Assembly (NCBI RefSeq): GCF_963921235.1
Contig: NC_086097.1
Span: forward strand, 20,028,001 to 20,092,000
Direction: 5' to 3'
From: Mobula hypostoma
Taxonomy: Eukaryota
Length of the DNA: 64,000 nucleotides
Part shown: positions 28,101-40,100 of the stretch, piece after piece
Position numbering within the stretch: position 1 is the first letter of the stretch
Layout of the letters: the number at the start of each line of letters is the position of its first letter
Notes under the pieces: generated by a model
Told to the model about the DNA's origin: nothing
Databases searched by the model: none
Seen by the model: the letters and a program-made list of their open reading frames with translations, nothing else
Made by a program: the position numbers and the translations under genes

Positions 28101-31100
28101 ACAATAATCTCCTTGGTCTTCTGGGTGTTAAGGGCCAGGTTGTTGTCGGTACACCATGCAGCCAGGTGCTGGACCCCGTCCCTGTAGGCCATCTAGTCAT
28201 CCCCTCTGATCAGGCCAACCACCGTGGTGTCGTCTGTGAACTTGGTTATGGAGTTAGAACCATGTAGAGGAACGTAGTCATAGGTGAAAAGGGAGTACAG
28301 AAGAGGGCTCAGCACACAGCCTTGAGGCACACCGGTATTCAGGGTGAGAATGGAGGAGGAGAGGTTGTCTAACTTAACAGATTGGGGTCTGTCAGTCAGA
28401 AAGTCCAAGGTCCAATTGCAGAGGGATGAGCTAATACCAAGCTGGCAAAGTTTGGCGATCAGCTTGGAGGGGATCACAGTATTGAATGCCGAACTAAAGT
28501 CAATGAGCAGCATTCTGACGTAAGAGTTGGGGCTGTCCATGTGGGTCAGGGCAGAGTGAAGTGCTGTGGAGATGACATCCTCTGTAGACCTGTTGGTGCG
28601 ATAGGCAAATTGATGGGAGTCTAGGGTAGTGGGCAAACAGGATTTCAGATGCAATAGAATCAGTCTCTCAAAGCACTTTGCATCGATGGGGGTGAGTGCA
28701 ACTGGGCGGAAATCATTCAGGCCAGTGGTAGTGGAATGTTTCGGCACTGGCACAATGGTGGCGATCTTGAAGCCTGTGGGGACAACTGCCTGGGCCAGGG
28801 ACAGTTTGAAAATGTCCGTGCAGACCCTGGCCAACTGCCCTGCACAGACTCTGAGCACATGGCACACTCCGGACCAGCTGCCTTCCGTACATTCACCCTG
28901 CTCAGGGTGGCACAAACATCGGAGGTGGTAAGTGAGAGAAGCAGTTCACCAGGTGGGATATCCACTTTGAGGGTGACCTTGTTCTCTCGGTCAAAGCGAA
29001 AATTAACCTCCCGACTTCCTGCTGTTGGACCCACTAACTATCCATCAGGCCTCTTTATTTCACTATATACTTATTCGATGTGGAAGCAGAATTAGGCCAT
29101 TCAGCCTGTCACTTCTGCTCTGCCATTCAATCATGGCTGATAGTTTCTTTGCCAACTATAGCACTACTTGTCTAGGGGAAAACAGAGACAATAAGGCATA
29201 GGAGCAGAATTTGGCCATTCAGCCCACAAGTCTGCTCCGAAAATTAGAGTTTCTGCCGAGATACTTGATAACACAAAACGAGAGATCGAGACAAAGCAGG
29301 TTACCAGCTCGCTAAATATGACAATGATGTTTTGTGTTCAATCAATGAGAGCATGGTATCTAATGTCCCCTGTTAGAGCTGATTTATTTAGCACAGTATG
29401 CAAAGGGCTCAAACATTTCATGCTCTCATTTCCCAAAAAACATCCTAAATGTTAATTGAGGTCCTAGTATATTTTTTAACCAATTACTCCGAGCTACACA
29501 ATAACAAAGGGTAAATTAAGCCTCATTTAATGGGAAACTTAGAATCTTCAATTGACTTAAATGGGTACCCAATTTTGTCAGTCTACTACTCAAAGGTTAG
29601 ACTAAATTGCAGCTTCGTGGTATGGTTTTCCTTTTCACCAGATAAGTGTTTTATTAGCATCTCCCTATGCTAGTTCAGAAGAGCTTGCGTCTTTCAAATC
29701 ATGGGCTTAACCCCTCCTGAGTGCAGACTTCTCTATTCTGTATAAACATTGTTAATGCTATGGTGCAAAAAGTGATTTCTTTCTCTGTGCATTCAAACAG
29801 ATCTTAATTTATTTTATTTATTAACAGGGAGAAATTGCAAAGCTCATTACAAAAGAACAAGGAAAAACCTTGGCAGATGCTGAAGGGGATGTTTTCAGGG
29901 GCTTGCGTAAGTGAAGTGTAAAACTTTAAATAATGATGTGTATTTTTCTTTCCTACTGAAATCTTAGCCTTGAATAGAAATTCACAAAGGTAATCATAGA
30001 TGAGAGAAAATCTTTGGCCCATCACTTTCATATTGTTTTAAACTTTCTCCTATCTTTCTTCCTTTGCTTTTCCTTTAAATATTTACAAAATCTTTCTGGT
30101 ATTGTTTCCAAATCATGATGTAGAGACAACTTTATCTTTTCTTTTCATTGTATTAGTTTGCCACATACTTTTGAGAATACTTTCTAAAATACTATTCAGG
30201 TAGCTCATCTTTTTCAAGTTTATAGCTGCGTTAGGGGTATTTATTTGTCCTGTATATTAAATCTCTGCTTTCCTTTCCTTCCCACAGAGGTTGTTGAGCA
30301 TACTTGCAGTATCACGTCTCTCATGCTTGGTGAGACCCTGCCCTCCATCACCAAAGACATGGACACGTTCACATACCGTTTGCCATTAGGAGTGTGTGCT
30401 GGCATCACCCCATTTAACTTCCCAGCCATGATTCCACTATGGATGTTCCCTGTGGCTTTGGTCTGTGGAAACACCTACCTGCTTAAGCCATCAGAGCGAG
30501 TACCTGGAGCTGCCATGTTGTTGGCCAAGTTATTGCAAGATGCAGGAGCTCCAGATGGCACACTTAATATTATCCATGGTCAACATGACGGTAAAAACCT
30601 AAAGCATATCTGTAAATTGTTTATGAAAATTAACTTCAAAGCTGTAATAATTTCTTAAACATTTTAGACATGGGATGTAGTAGTGTCAAGTAACTGCAAT
30701 TTTACAATACAGGATAATAGATGGTTACATTTACTTGCATTTCAGCACACAAAGCTTGGTGTAAGGTTGTACACCCCTTTAGCATGTTTGATTGAGGATT
30801 GCATGCCTTCATGTTCAGATTGCACCTTTTTATCCTTGCTATAGCATTGTTGAGAAAAGAGAATAATGTAGTAATTTCTCATTTTATTTCCAGCTGTGAA
30901 CTTTATTTGTGATCACCCAGCTATCAAGGCTATCAGCTTTGTGGGGTCCAATCAGGCTGGCGAGTACATCTACACAAGGGGCTCCAAAAACGGCAAGAGA
31001 GTACAGTCCAACATGGTGAATATTTTGTACCTTTCCTGCCACTCGGTCTTTCTTCGTATACAGGAAAAAATAAATAAACTATTTCCTGGCCCTCCTGCCC

Positions 31101-34100
31101 ACCTATAAATGCACTAACTTTCTTAGGATTGTATTTTCAGGCTTTGTGGAGGCTGTATGTTTTACCAGTGTTCTGTTGTGACCTGTTAAAATTTGATTAG
31201 TGTACAGTATATATGCAGAAAGTCTTGTAACTAACTTGATGTAAGCCTTGGTTTGAAAAGTAAACCATGGATTATTTGATATAAATTGTAAAAAGCTCAG
31301 TTTAAATTAAAGCATTTGTTGCTGGTCATGATTGATAGAATTTTTCTACTGTTTTAAACTGCTCATCACCCAAATGAGTGAGTTTCAGGATTTCACTCAG
31401 TTAAAGGAATCAGTTTAGTAAATGTTTCATAGATTGAAATTACTAGTATTTTGAGACAGGCATTACTTTAGAAGTTCTGTTGTTCCAGTCTGTCTTTGGT
31501 TGTGTATTTACTCTTAGGGTATTGGGTGGTACTTGCTTATCACTCTTAACTATGAACTTTCAGGGTGCTAAGAACCATGGAGTGGTGATGCCTGATGCCA
31601 ACAAGGAGAACACTTTAAATCAGCTGGTTGGTGCAGCTTTTGGAGCAGCTGGGCAGCGTTGTATGGCTCTGTGTACTGCTGTCCTGGTTGGGGAAGCTAA
31701 AACTTGGCTGCCTGAACTGGTGGAAAAGGCGAAGAAATTGAGAGTCAATGCAGGTGTCTTTGTTTTTCAATTGGTTTAATACAGTGTGTATAAACAGTAT
31801 GATGCAGTAGGTGTCTACTACTTTTTTCTGAACATTTATCACTCTCTATCCCTCTGCAATGACCTTCTATAACCAAGGAGTACTAGAAGATTCGGTGCAG
31901 TATCCGTGCAATTTTTATCCCTGCTTGGTTCTTAAAATCTTAGGCTGTCTCCCATTTGGTCCATAAAGTCGAGTTAATAAAGATAAGTTGATAGGGATGT
32001 GGGGAAAATAAAATGGGATTAATGTAGGTTTTGTTTAAATGGTTGTTTGTTAGTTGGTGAGAACTTGTTGGACATGAAGCAAGTTTATCTTTGTACAACT
32101 CTACCTTCATTGTTTTGGAAGCACCCTCTTCACCACTGATGGCATGTAATGTACTCATTTAGTACCTTTTACAATGTTTTTCCTGATTGCTACACTCCTC
32201 CATGTATTATCTTTTTACTATTTATAAGCTTCACGAACACTTTTGAATTCTCATTTAAGTTGACAGCTCATCTTTTTCTCATACACTTCCTTTGCCTCTC
32301 TGCTTTCCACTTCCCTTTGGATTCCTTTATAATCAACCTGATTCTCGCCATCCTGACACTTGTAGAAACTGTAAGAGGGATGGAAGAGTGAGGAAAAGTA
32401 TCTTGCTTGTTACGTGCTCTGTTTGCAATCTTGACTCAAGTAGACTTGCCCACATTCTGAAAGGGTGAGGATTCACTTAGTTGATTTATGTACTTAACAT
32501 TTTTCCTTCCTGACACCAGGTGACCAGCCAGATGCAGACCTTGGACCCCTCATCTCCCCTCAGGCAAAAGCCCGGGTGTGTGACCTGGTCCAGAGTGGGT
32601 TGAGCGAGGGTGCTACACTACTGCTGGATGGACGGACTATCCAGGTGAAAGGATATGAAAATGGCAACTTTGTAGGACCCACCATCCTTGCTGGAGTCAA
32701 GGTAAGTTGGCCCTTTATTAAATGCAAGACAACTTGTTTCAATTTGGTCCTTAACATGGATGTTTATCACCGATGAAGCTAGCACCAGTCACTGAGAAAC
32801 GTTATGGATGGAATAATCTTCATGCCCTCTACCTTACAGTTGTACTAGCTAGTGTAACGCTCAGCTATATTGGCTCGTATTTATGTAGGGGAAACCCCAT
32901 CCGCCGCTCACCCTTGTCTCCTGATTACGTCGGTTGCTGTGTAATGCCACCTGATTCGGCTTCAAACATCAATCATCAGCCAGCACACAACTTACGTTTT
33001 ATAAATCTTACTAGGACTATGAGATTAATAAAGGTACAATTTTTTTTTTAAAAAAAGGAATGAAAAAGGTGCCACACTTATCAAAGTTCAATTTCTTCGT
33101 GCACACAGTTGGAGCTCGGGACCATCTTTCTTCCCCCTGCGATCAACTCGGACCCACTCGACTCGCAGCTCGGGACCACCCAGAGTGATGGACCAGAGCA
33201 CCCCCAGCACATCCGTCGTCCTCCCGGTCTCTCCTCCAACTCCCCGCCATATCCCCGTTTCCCAGCCATATGAGACAGCATATCACCCCAAGAAAGAATA
33301 ACACGGACACCCATTGGTTCACTCGCTCTGTTAATACTAATATAACCCAAGCAAACTGCTAGCAAAAGAACTTTCTCAGCATTTAACATAACAAAGAAGC
33401 CATTTTGATTAACATGCGCAGTCCCACAAGGATCTGTTCTGGGACCTCTACTTTTCGTGATTTTTATTAACGACCTGGATGTAGGGGTAGAAGGGTGGGT
33501 TGGCAAGTTTGCAGACGACACAAAGGTTGGTGGTGTAGATAGTGTAGAGGATTGTTGAAGATTGCAGAGAGACATTGATAGGATGCAGGAGTGGGCTGAG
33601 AAGTGGCAGGTGGAGTTCAACCCGGAGAAGTGTGAGGTGGTACACTTTGGAAGGACAAACTCCAAGGCAGAGTACAAAGTAAATGGCGGGATACTTGGTA
33701 GTGTGGAGGAGCAGAGGGATCTCGGGGTACATGTCCACAGATCCCTGAAAGTTGCCTCACAGGTGGATAGGGTAGTTAAGAAAGCTTATGGGGTGTTAGC
33801 TTTCATAAGTCGAGGGATAGAGTTTAATAGTTGCGATGTAATGATGCAGCTCTATAAAACTCTGGTTAGGCCACACTTGGAGTACTGTGTCCAGTTCTGG
33901 TCACCTCACTATAGGAAGGATGTGGAAGCATTGGAAAGGGTACAGAGGAGATTTACCAGGATGCTGCCTGGTTTAGAGAGTGTGTATTATGATCAGAGAT
34001 TAAGGGAGCTAGGGCTTTACTCTTTGGAGAGGAGGAGGATGAGAGGAGACATGATAGAGGTGTACAAGATAATAAGAGGAATAGATAGACTGGATAGCCA

Positions 34101-37100
34101 GCGTCTCTTCCCCAGGGCACCACTGCTCAATACAAGAGGACATGGCTTTAAGGTAAGGGGTGGGAAGTTCAAGGGGGATATTAGAGGAAGGTTTTTTACT
34201 CAGAGAGTGGTTGGTGCGTGGAATGCACTGTCTGAGTCAGTGGTGGAGGCATATACACTAGTAAAGTTTAAGAGACTACTAGACAGGTATATGGAGGAAT
34301 TTAAGGTGGGGGCTTATATGGGAGGCAGGGTTTGAGGGTCAGTACAACATTGTGGGCCGAAGGGCCTGTACTGTGCTGTACTATTATGTTTTATGTTCTA
34401 ACATAAAAGAAGAAACCCCTTACACTAGCTAATTACCCTAAAGTAAGATCTTGTTATGATCAGAGTTCTGGGTATGTTCCAGTAAATGAATTGCACGTAT
34501 AAATGTGGATGGAAGGGGTTTAAATCATTCATTTGTTTTATCAGGTTAAAAAGCTCTAACTACCCCCAACTTTGAAATATTTTCCTGACTCTATTGAAGG
34601 TTCAAGAATAAGGTTGCCACTTTCTCCTGAGCTACAGACTGGAAGCTGGCTGATTCCGACTTCAGAAGGATTTTAGGGCTGAATGAACTAGAGGTCTGCA
34701 GGGAAGAACCAGTAGAAGTAACATGAAAATGATGGTGACATTTAAATTTGTTTCAAAAGGCACCGGTGTAAATCAAAGTTAAGGGTGGCACGAAAGTGGT
34801 GCGATTAGCATAACGTTATTATAGTGCCAGCTGAAAGATTGGGGTTCAATTCCAACTGTCTGTAAAAGGTTTGTACATTCTCCCCATGAGCACCTTGGTT
34901 TCCTTCAGGTGTTCTGGTTTCCTCCCACATTCCAAAGACACATGGGTTAGGGTTAGTAAGCTGTGGGCAAGTTATGTTAGTGCTGATCACTAATTTGATG
35001 CAAACAACACATTTCACTGTATTGATGTACATGTCACAAATAAAACTAAGTTTTATTTTAAAGTTATAACGGATAACTGTACCCAGCTGGAAGCCTAAGA
35101 AGTGTTTATTCATCATATACGAAGAGAAAATGCGATCCTTTTTCTAAGCTTTCTTCGTTAGAGATTGGGGATTTTGGGCCAGTTTAGATTTCTATGAGAT
35201 AGACAGCGTTTTGGTGCAGAAGTAGGACCAGACTACCTAACTCCATCTGTTAGGATGATCAATGAAGCAAAGTAGAATGTGTATAAAATCATTAAATTGT
35301 TTTTCTCCTCTTTCCTCCTTAGCCTCATATGAAATGCTACACTGAGGAGATCTTTGGCCCAGTCCTGATTGTCCTTGAGGCAGACACGCTAGATGAAGCA
35401 GTTGATATCATCAACCAGAATCCATACGGAAATGGCACTGCCATCTTCACCACCAATGGTGCCACAGCTCGTAAATACACACACCAAGTTGACGTTGGGC
35501 AGGTGTGTTTTAAATTGAGGGTTGCAAGTTTACTTGAATGGTTCTCCACGGACCTAACCTTAGTTACAGCTGGTTGCTGATTGATTTCAAAGTACAACAT
35601 TTTAATTATTGATTAAACTATTGAAACTGTTTTGGGAGGAAACAATTCAATATGACTGACAAGACTTTAATAACACAGCAGTGCAGCTAATGGCTCAGCT
35701 TCGTTGCAGTACCAGATATCCGGGTTCATTCTTGATCTCAGCTGCTGTCTGTGTGCAGTTGGCACATTTTCCCCATGATCACATGGGTTTCCTCCAGCTT
35801 CCCTAGTTAGCCCCCATATTAAAGACATGCAGGTTGGTGGGTTAACTGGCCATTGTAAATTGCCTTGAGTATGTACGTGAATGGTAGCATTTAGAGAGAG
35901 CGTGGAGAAAATATATAGCACCATTGTAAATGGGTAGAGTAGTGGTCAATGTGGGCTGAAATCCCTGCGTTTGTGCTGTATCTCTCTGGCACTAGAGTTT
36001 TATTTAGATGGACCTTCAGAATTCTGCAAGATATTCTGAATAAAAGATGACAAAAACCATTATTTGTCTGCTACCTAAAGCTTCTACAGTGTTCAGTCAG
36101 TTACTGCAAACTCAATCAGTATAATGTTATTTTGATAATGTAATACCCAAAGTCATCCAGCCTTAACATGTATCCAGGATGCAAAAGTGCAGTTTAATGC
36201 AAAACAAAAGAACTTCTGGATGAACTCAGCAGGTCAGACAAATGACATTTTGGGATTAAGATCCTATCCAGATGAAGTGCCTTCACCTGAATAACAATGG
36301 TCCAGTTTCCTTTGTAAATGCTCCCTGGTGGGCTAGGTTCCTCCAGATTCCAACATCTATAGTCTCTTGTGTCTCCAAGGGCAAATTAATGTTTACATTA
36401 AACTGACAGAGTAACTGGAACTTAGATTTACACCTTTGTATAGAATCATCAAGGCTAGCTGGTTTTGCTTTTTTTTTACTCTCTATAATCTCATTTTACA
36501 ATTCAGCTGCTGCCATGGTTTCCCCCTCATTTGAACTCTCCAATGTTTCAAAGCATCTTGATAATTGAGAATTGCAAACAGGGATGTACAGCCCTCAGTT
36601 ACTGCAGAGAGAGCATCTATTTTGATGTTGTTCTGACTGTTTTAATCTTTTGTAACTGTCTGTAATATTTTCAGATTGGAGTGAATGTGCCTATCCCAGT
36701 TCCACTGCCCATGTTCTCATTCACTGGATCAAGGCGCTCATTCAGAGGTGATACCAATTTTTACGGCAAACAGGTATGTATGCTCATCCCCAACACAATT
36801 GTGTGTAGTACCACCTGGTTTTTGAAGGCTGGGTCATTGGAATTATTTTTTAAAAAAAAGGTCAATATATTTTTTCTAAGATCAGAAAATTAAGGGCTCT
36901 GCAGAACTAGAAAAGCTTGGGGCAAATCAGATGGTCCTCTCCAGTTTGTGTTCAAAGCCACAGGAGCATACGGGTTAGTATGATGCTATTGCAGTTCAGG
37001 GGGTTCTGGAGTTTGGAGTTCAGTTCTGGCACTGTCTGTAAGGAGTTTATACATTCCCGTGAACCATGTGGGTTTCTTACGGGTGCTCAGGTTTCCTCCC

Positions 37101-40100
37101 ACAGTCCAATTAATAAGTTAATTGGTTATTGTAAATAATCCTCTGATTAGGCTAATGTTAAATGGGTGGATTGCTGTGCAGTTTGGTGGACTAGAACAGT
37201 CTGTCTCTAAATAATGAATACTAAATGTAGATATAACCTTCAAAGTAGTTTAACCAACACAACTTTGGTCAAACTGTGTCAGGCATCTGGTACACATTGG
37301 GTTTGGGATCCAGTTTGTTGCATTTTAGATCCTGATGACATGGCAGTCACCCACCAAGTGTTGTTAAGAAGCGTGAAAAGATAAAGAACCAGGAATTTCA
37401 GGCGTGTCTCCATATTAATGGAAGAGAGGTTAAAATTACATTTTCTAAAAAGGTTTCAGATACATGTAATACTTACTTTCATGAGGAACAGATTCTGGCT
37501 CTCACATGCTATATTGTCTATATTGGCAAAAAATTGATCAGAGGAGGATTGCCCATTCTGAGTGCAATTCCATGACCTGAATTCAGTTGCCATTTACCCA
37601 TTCCTTGCCACTGATCACTCAACACATCCATCCTTGTGCATGGTTTCCCCATGTCAATTGATTCTCATTGCCATTTGGGGTGATACTTCATTGTAATTGA
37701 CTTCATTGTAATCGACTTCATTGTAATCATTCATTGTTCAATTATTTTAATTTTTGTTCCTTTGGTTTTGAGCTTCCTCACAGCAGACTGGTATTGAATT
37801 TAGATAGACAGATAGACATACTTGATTGATCCCGAGGGAAATTGGGTTTCGTTACAGTTGCACCAACCAAGAATAGAGTATAAATATAGCAATATAAAAC
37901 CATAAATAATTAAATAATATGTAAATTATGCCAGATGGAAATAAGTCCAGGACCAGCCTATTGGCTCAGGGCGTCTGACCCTCCAAGGGAGGAGTTGTAA
38001 AGTTTGATGGCCACAGGCAGGAATGACTTCCTATGACGCTCAGTGTTGCATCTCGGTGTAATGAGTTTCTGGCTGAATGTACTCCTGTGCCCACCCAGTA
38101 CATTATGTAGTGGATGGGAGACATTGTCCAAGATGGCATGCAACTTGGACAGCATCCTCTTTTCAGACACCATCGTCAGAGAGTCCAGTTCCATCCCCAC
38201 AACATCACTGACCTTACGAATGAGTTTGTTGATTCTGTTGGTGTATGCTACCCTCAGCCTGCTGTCCCAGCACACAACAGCAAACATGATAGCACTGGCC
38301 ACCACAGACTCGTAGAACATCCTTAGCATCGTCCGACAGTTGTTAAAGGACCTCAGTCTCCTCAGGAAATAGAGACGGCTCTGACCCTTCTTGTAGACAG
38401 CCTCAGTGTTCTTTGACCAGTCCAGTTTATTGTCAATTCGTATCCCCAGGTATTTGTAATCCTCCACCATGTTCACACTGACCCCCTGGATGCAAACAGG
38501 GGTCACCGGTGCCTTAACCCTCCTCAGGTCCACCACCAGCTCCTTAGTCTTTTTCACATTAAGCTGCAGATAATTCTGCTCACACCATGTGACAAAGTTT
38601 CCCACCGTAGCCCTGTACTCAGCCTCATCTCCCTTACTGATGCATCCAACTATGGCAGAGTCATCAGAAAACTTCTGAAGATGGCAAGACTCTGTGCAGT
38701 AGTTGAAGTCCGAGGTGTAGATGGTAAAGAGAAAGGGAGACAAGACAGTCCCCTGTGGAGCCCCAGTGCTGCTGACCACTCTGTCTGACACACAGTGTTG
38801 CAAGCACACGTACTGTGGTCTGCCAGTCAGGTAATCAAGAATCCATGACACCAGGGAAGCATCCACCTGCATCGCTGTCAGCTTCTCCCCCAGCAGAACA
38901 GGGCGGGTGGTGTTGAACGCACTGGAGAAGTCAAAAAACATGACCCTCACAGTGCTCGCTGGCTTGTCCAGGTGGGCGTAGACACGGTTCAGCAGGTAGA
39001 CGACGGCATCCTCAACTCCTAGTCGGGGCTGGTAGGTGAACTGGAGGGGGTCTAAGTGTGGTCTGACCATAGGCCGGAGCAGCTTCAGAACGAGTCTCTC
39101 CAGGGTCTTCATGATGTGGGAGGTCAATGCCACCAGTCTGTAGTCATTGAGGCCGCTGGGGCACGGCGTCTTCGGCACAGGGACGAGGCAGGATGTCTTC
39201 CACAACACAGGAACCCTCTGGAGACTCAGGCTCAGGTTGAAGACACGGTGAAGTACTCCACATAGCTGAGGGGCACAGGCTTTGAGCACCCTGGTGCTGA
39301 CACCATCCAGGCCTGCAGCCTTGCTTGGGTGGAGACATTTCAACTGTCTTCTCACCTGTTCAGTTGTGAAGCCCACGGTGGTGGTTTCATGTGGGGGAGG
39401 GGTGTAGTCATGGTGCAGGTGGGGGGCTGTGAGGAGGGGTAGGAGGGGAGAGTGGAGTATGTGTTGGTTGGGGGCCGACAACAGATGAATCATGTGGGGC
39501 ATGGGCAGGGGCCACAATGTCAAATCTGTTAAAGAACAGGTTAAGTTCGTTAGCCCTGTCCACACTGCCTTCAGCTCCTCTGTTGTTAGTTTGCCAGAAC
39601 CCAGTGATGGTCCTCATCCCACTCCAGACTTCTCTCATGTTGTTCTGCTGGAGTTTCCACTCAAGCTTCCTCCTGTACCTGTCTTTAGCCTCCCTGATCC
39701 TGGCTTTCCGGTTCTTCTGTATTGTCCTCAGCTCCTCCCTATTTCCATCTCTAAACGCCCTCTTTTTAGCATTCAAGATGTCCTTAATGTCCTTTGTTAC
39801 CCATGGCTTGTTATTTGAATAACAAAGGACAGTTCTTGCCGGAACATTGCAGTCCACACAGAAGTTGATGTAATCAGTGATGCACTCTGTGAGCCCATCA
39901 ATATCCTCTCCATGTGGCTCACAGAGTGCCTGCCAGTCTGTCACCTCAAAACAACCCTGGACCGCCTCATAAGCCTCCTCCGACCATTTCCTCACTGTCC
40001 TCGAGGTTGCAGGTTTACTCTTCACCAGAGGCACGTAGCAGGGTTTGAGATGCACCAGGTTGTGATCTGACCTTCCCAATGGGGGGAGGGGAGAGGAGCT

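Noticed and set aside
37958..39565. Long RT ORFs (also 47282-48712, 28193-28915, 4230-4934) as domesticated genes or retron-like systems
   Set aside because: Ordinary LINE ORF2 pieces with frameshifts, stops, truncations and repeat tails
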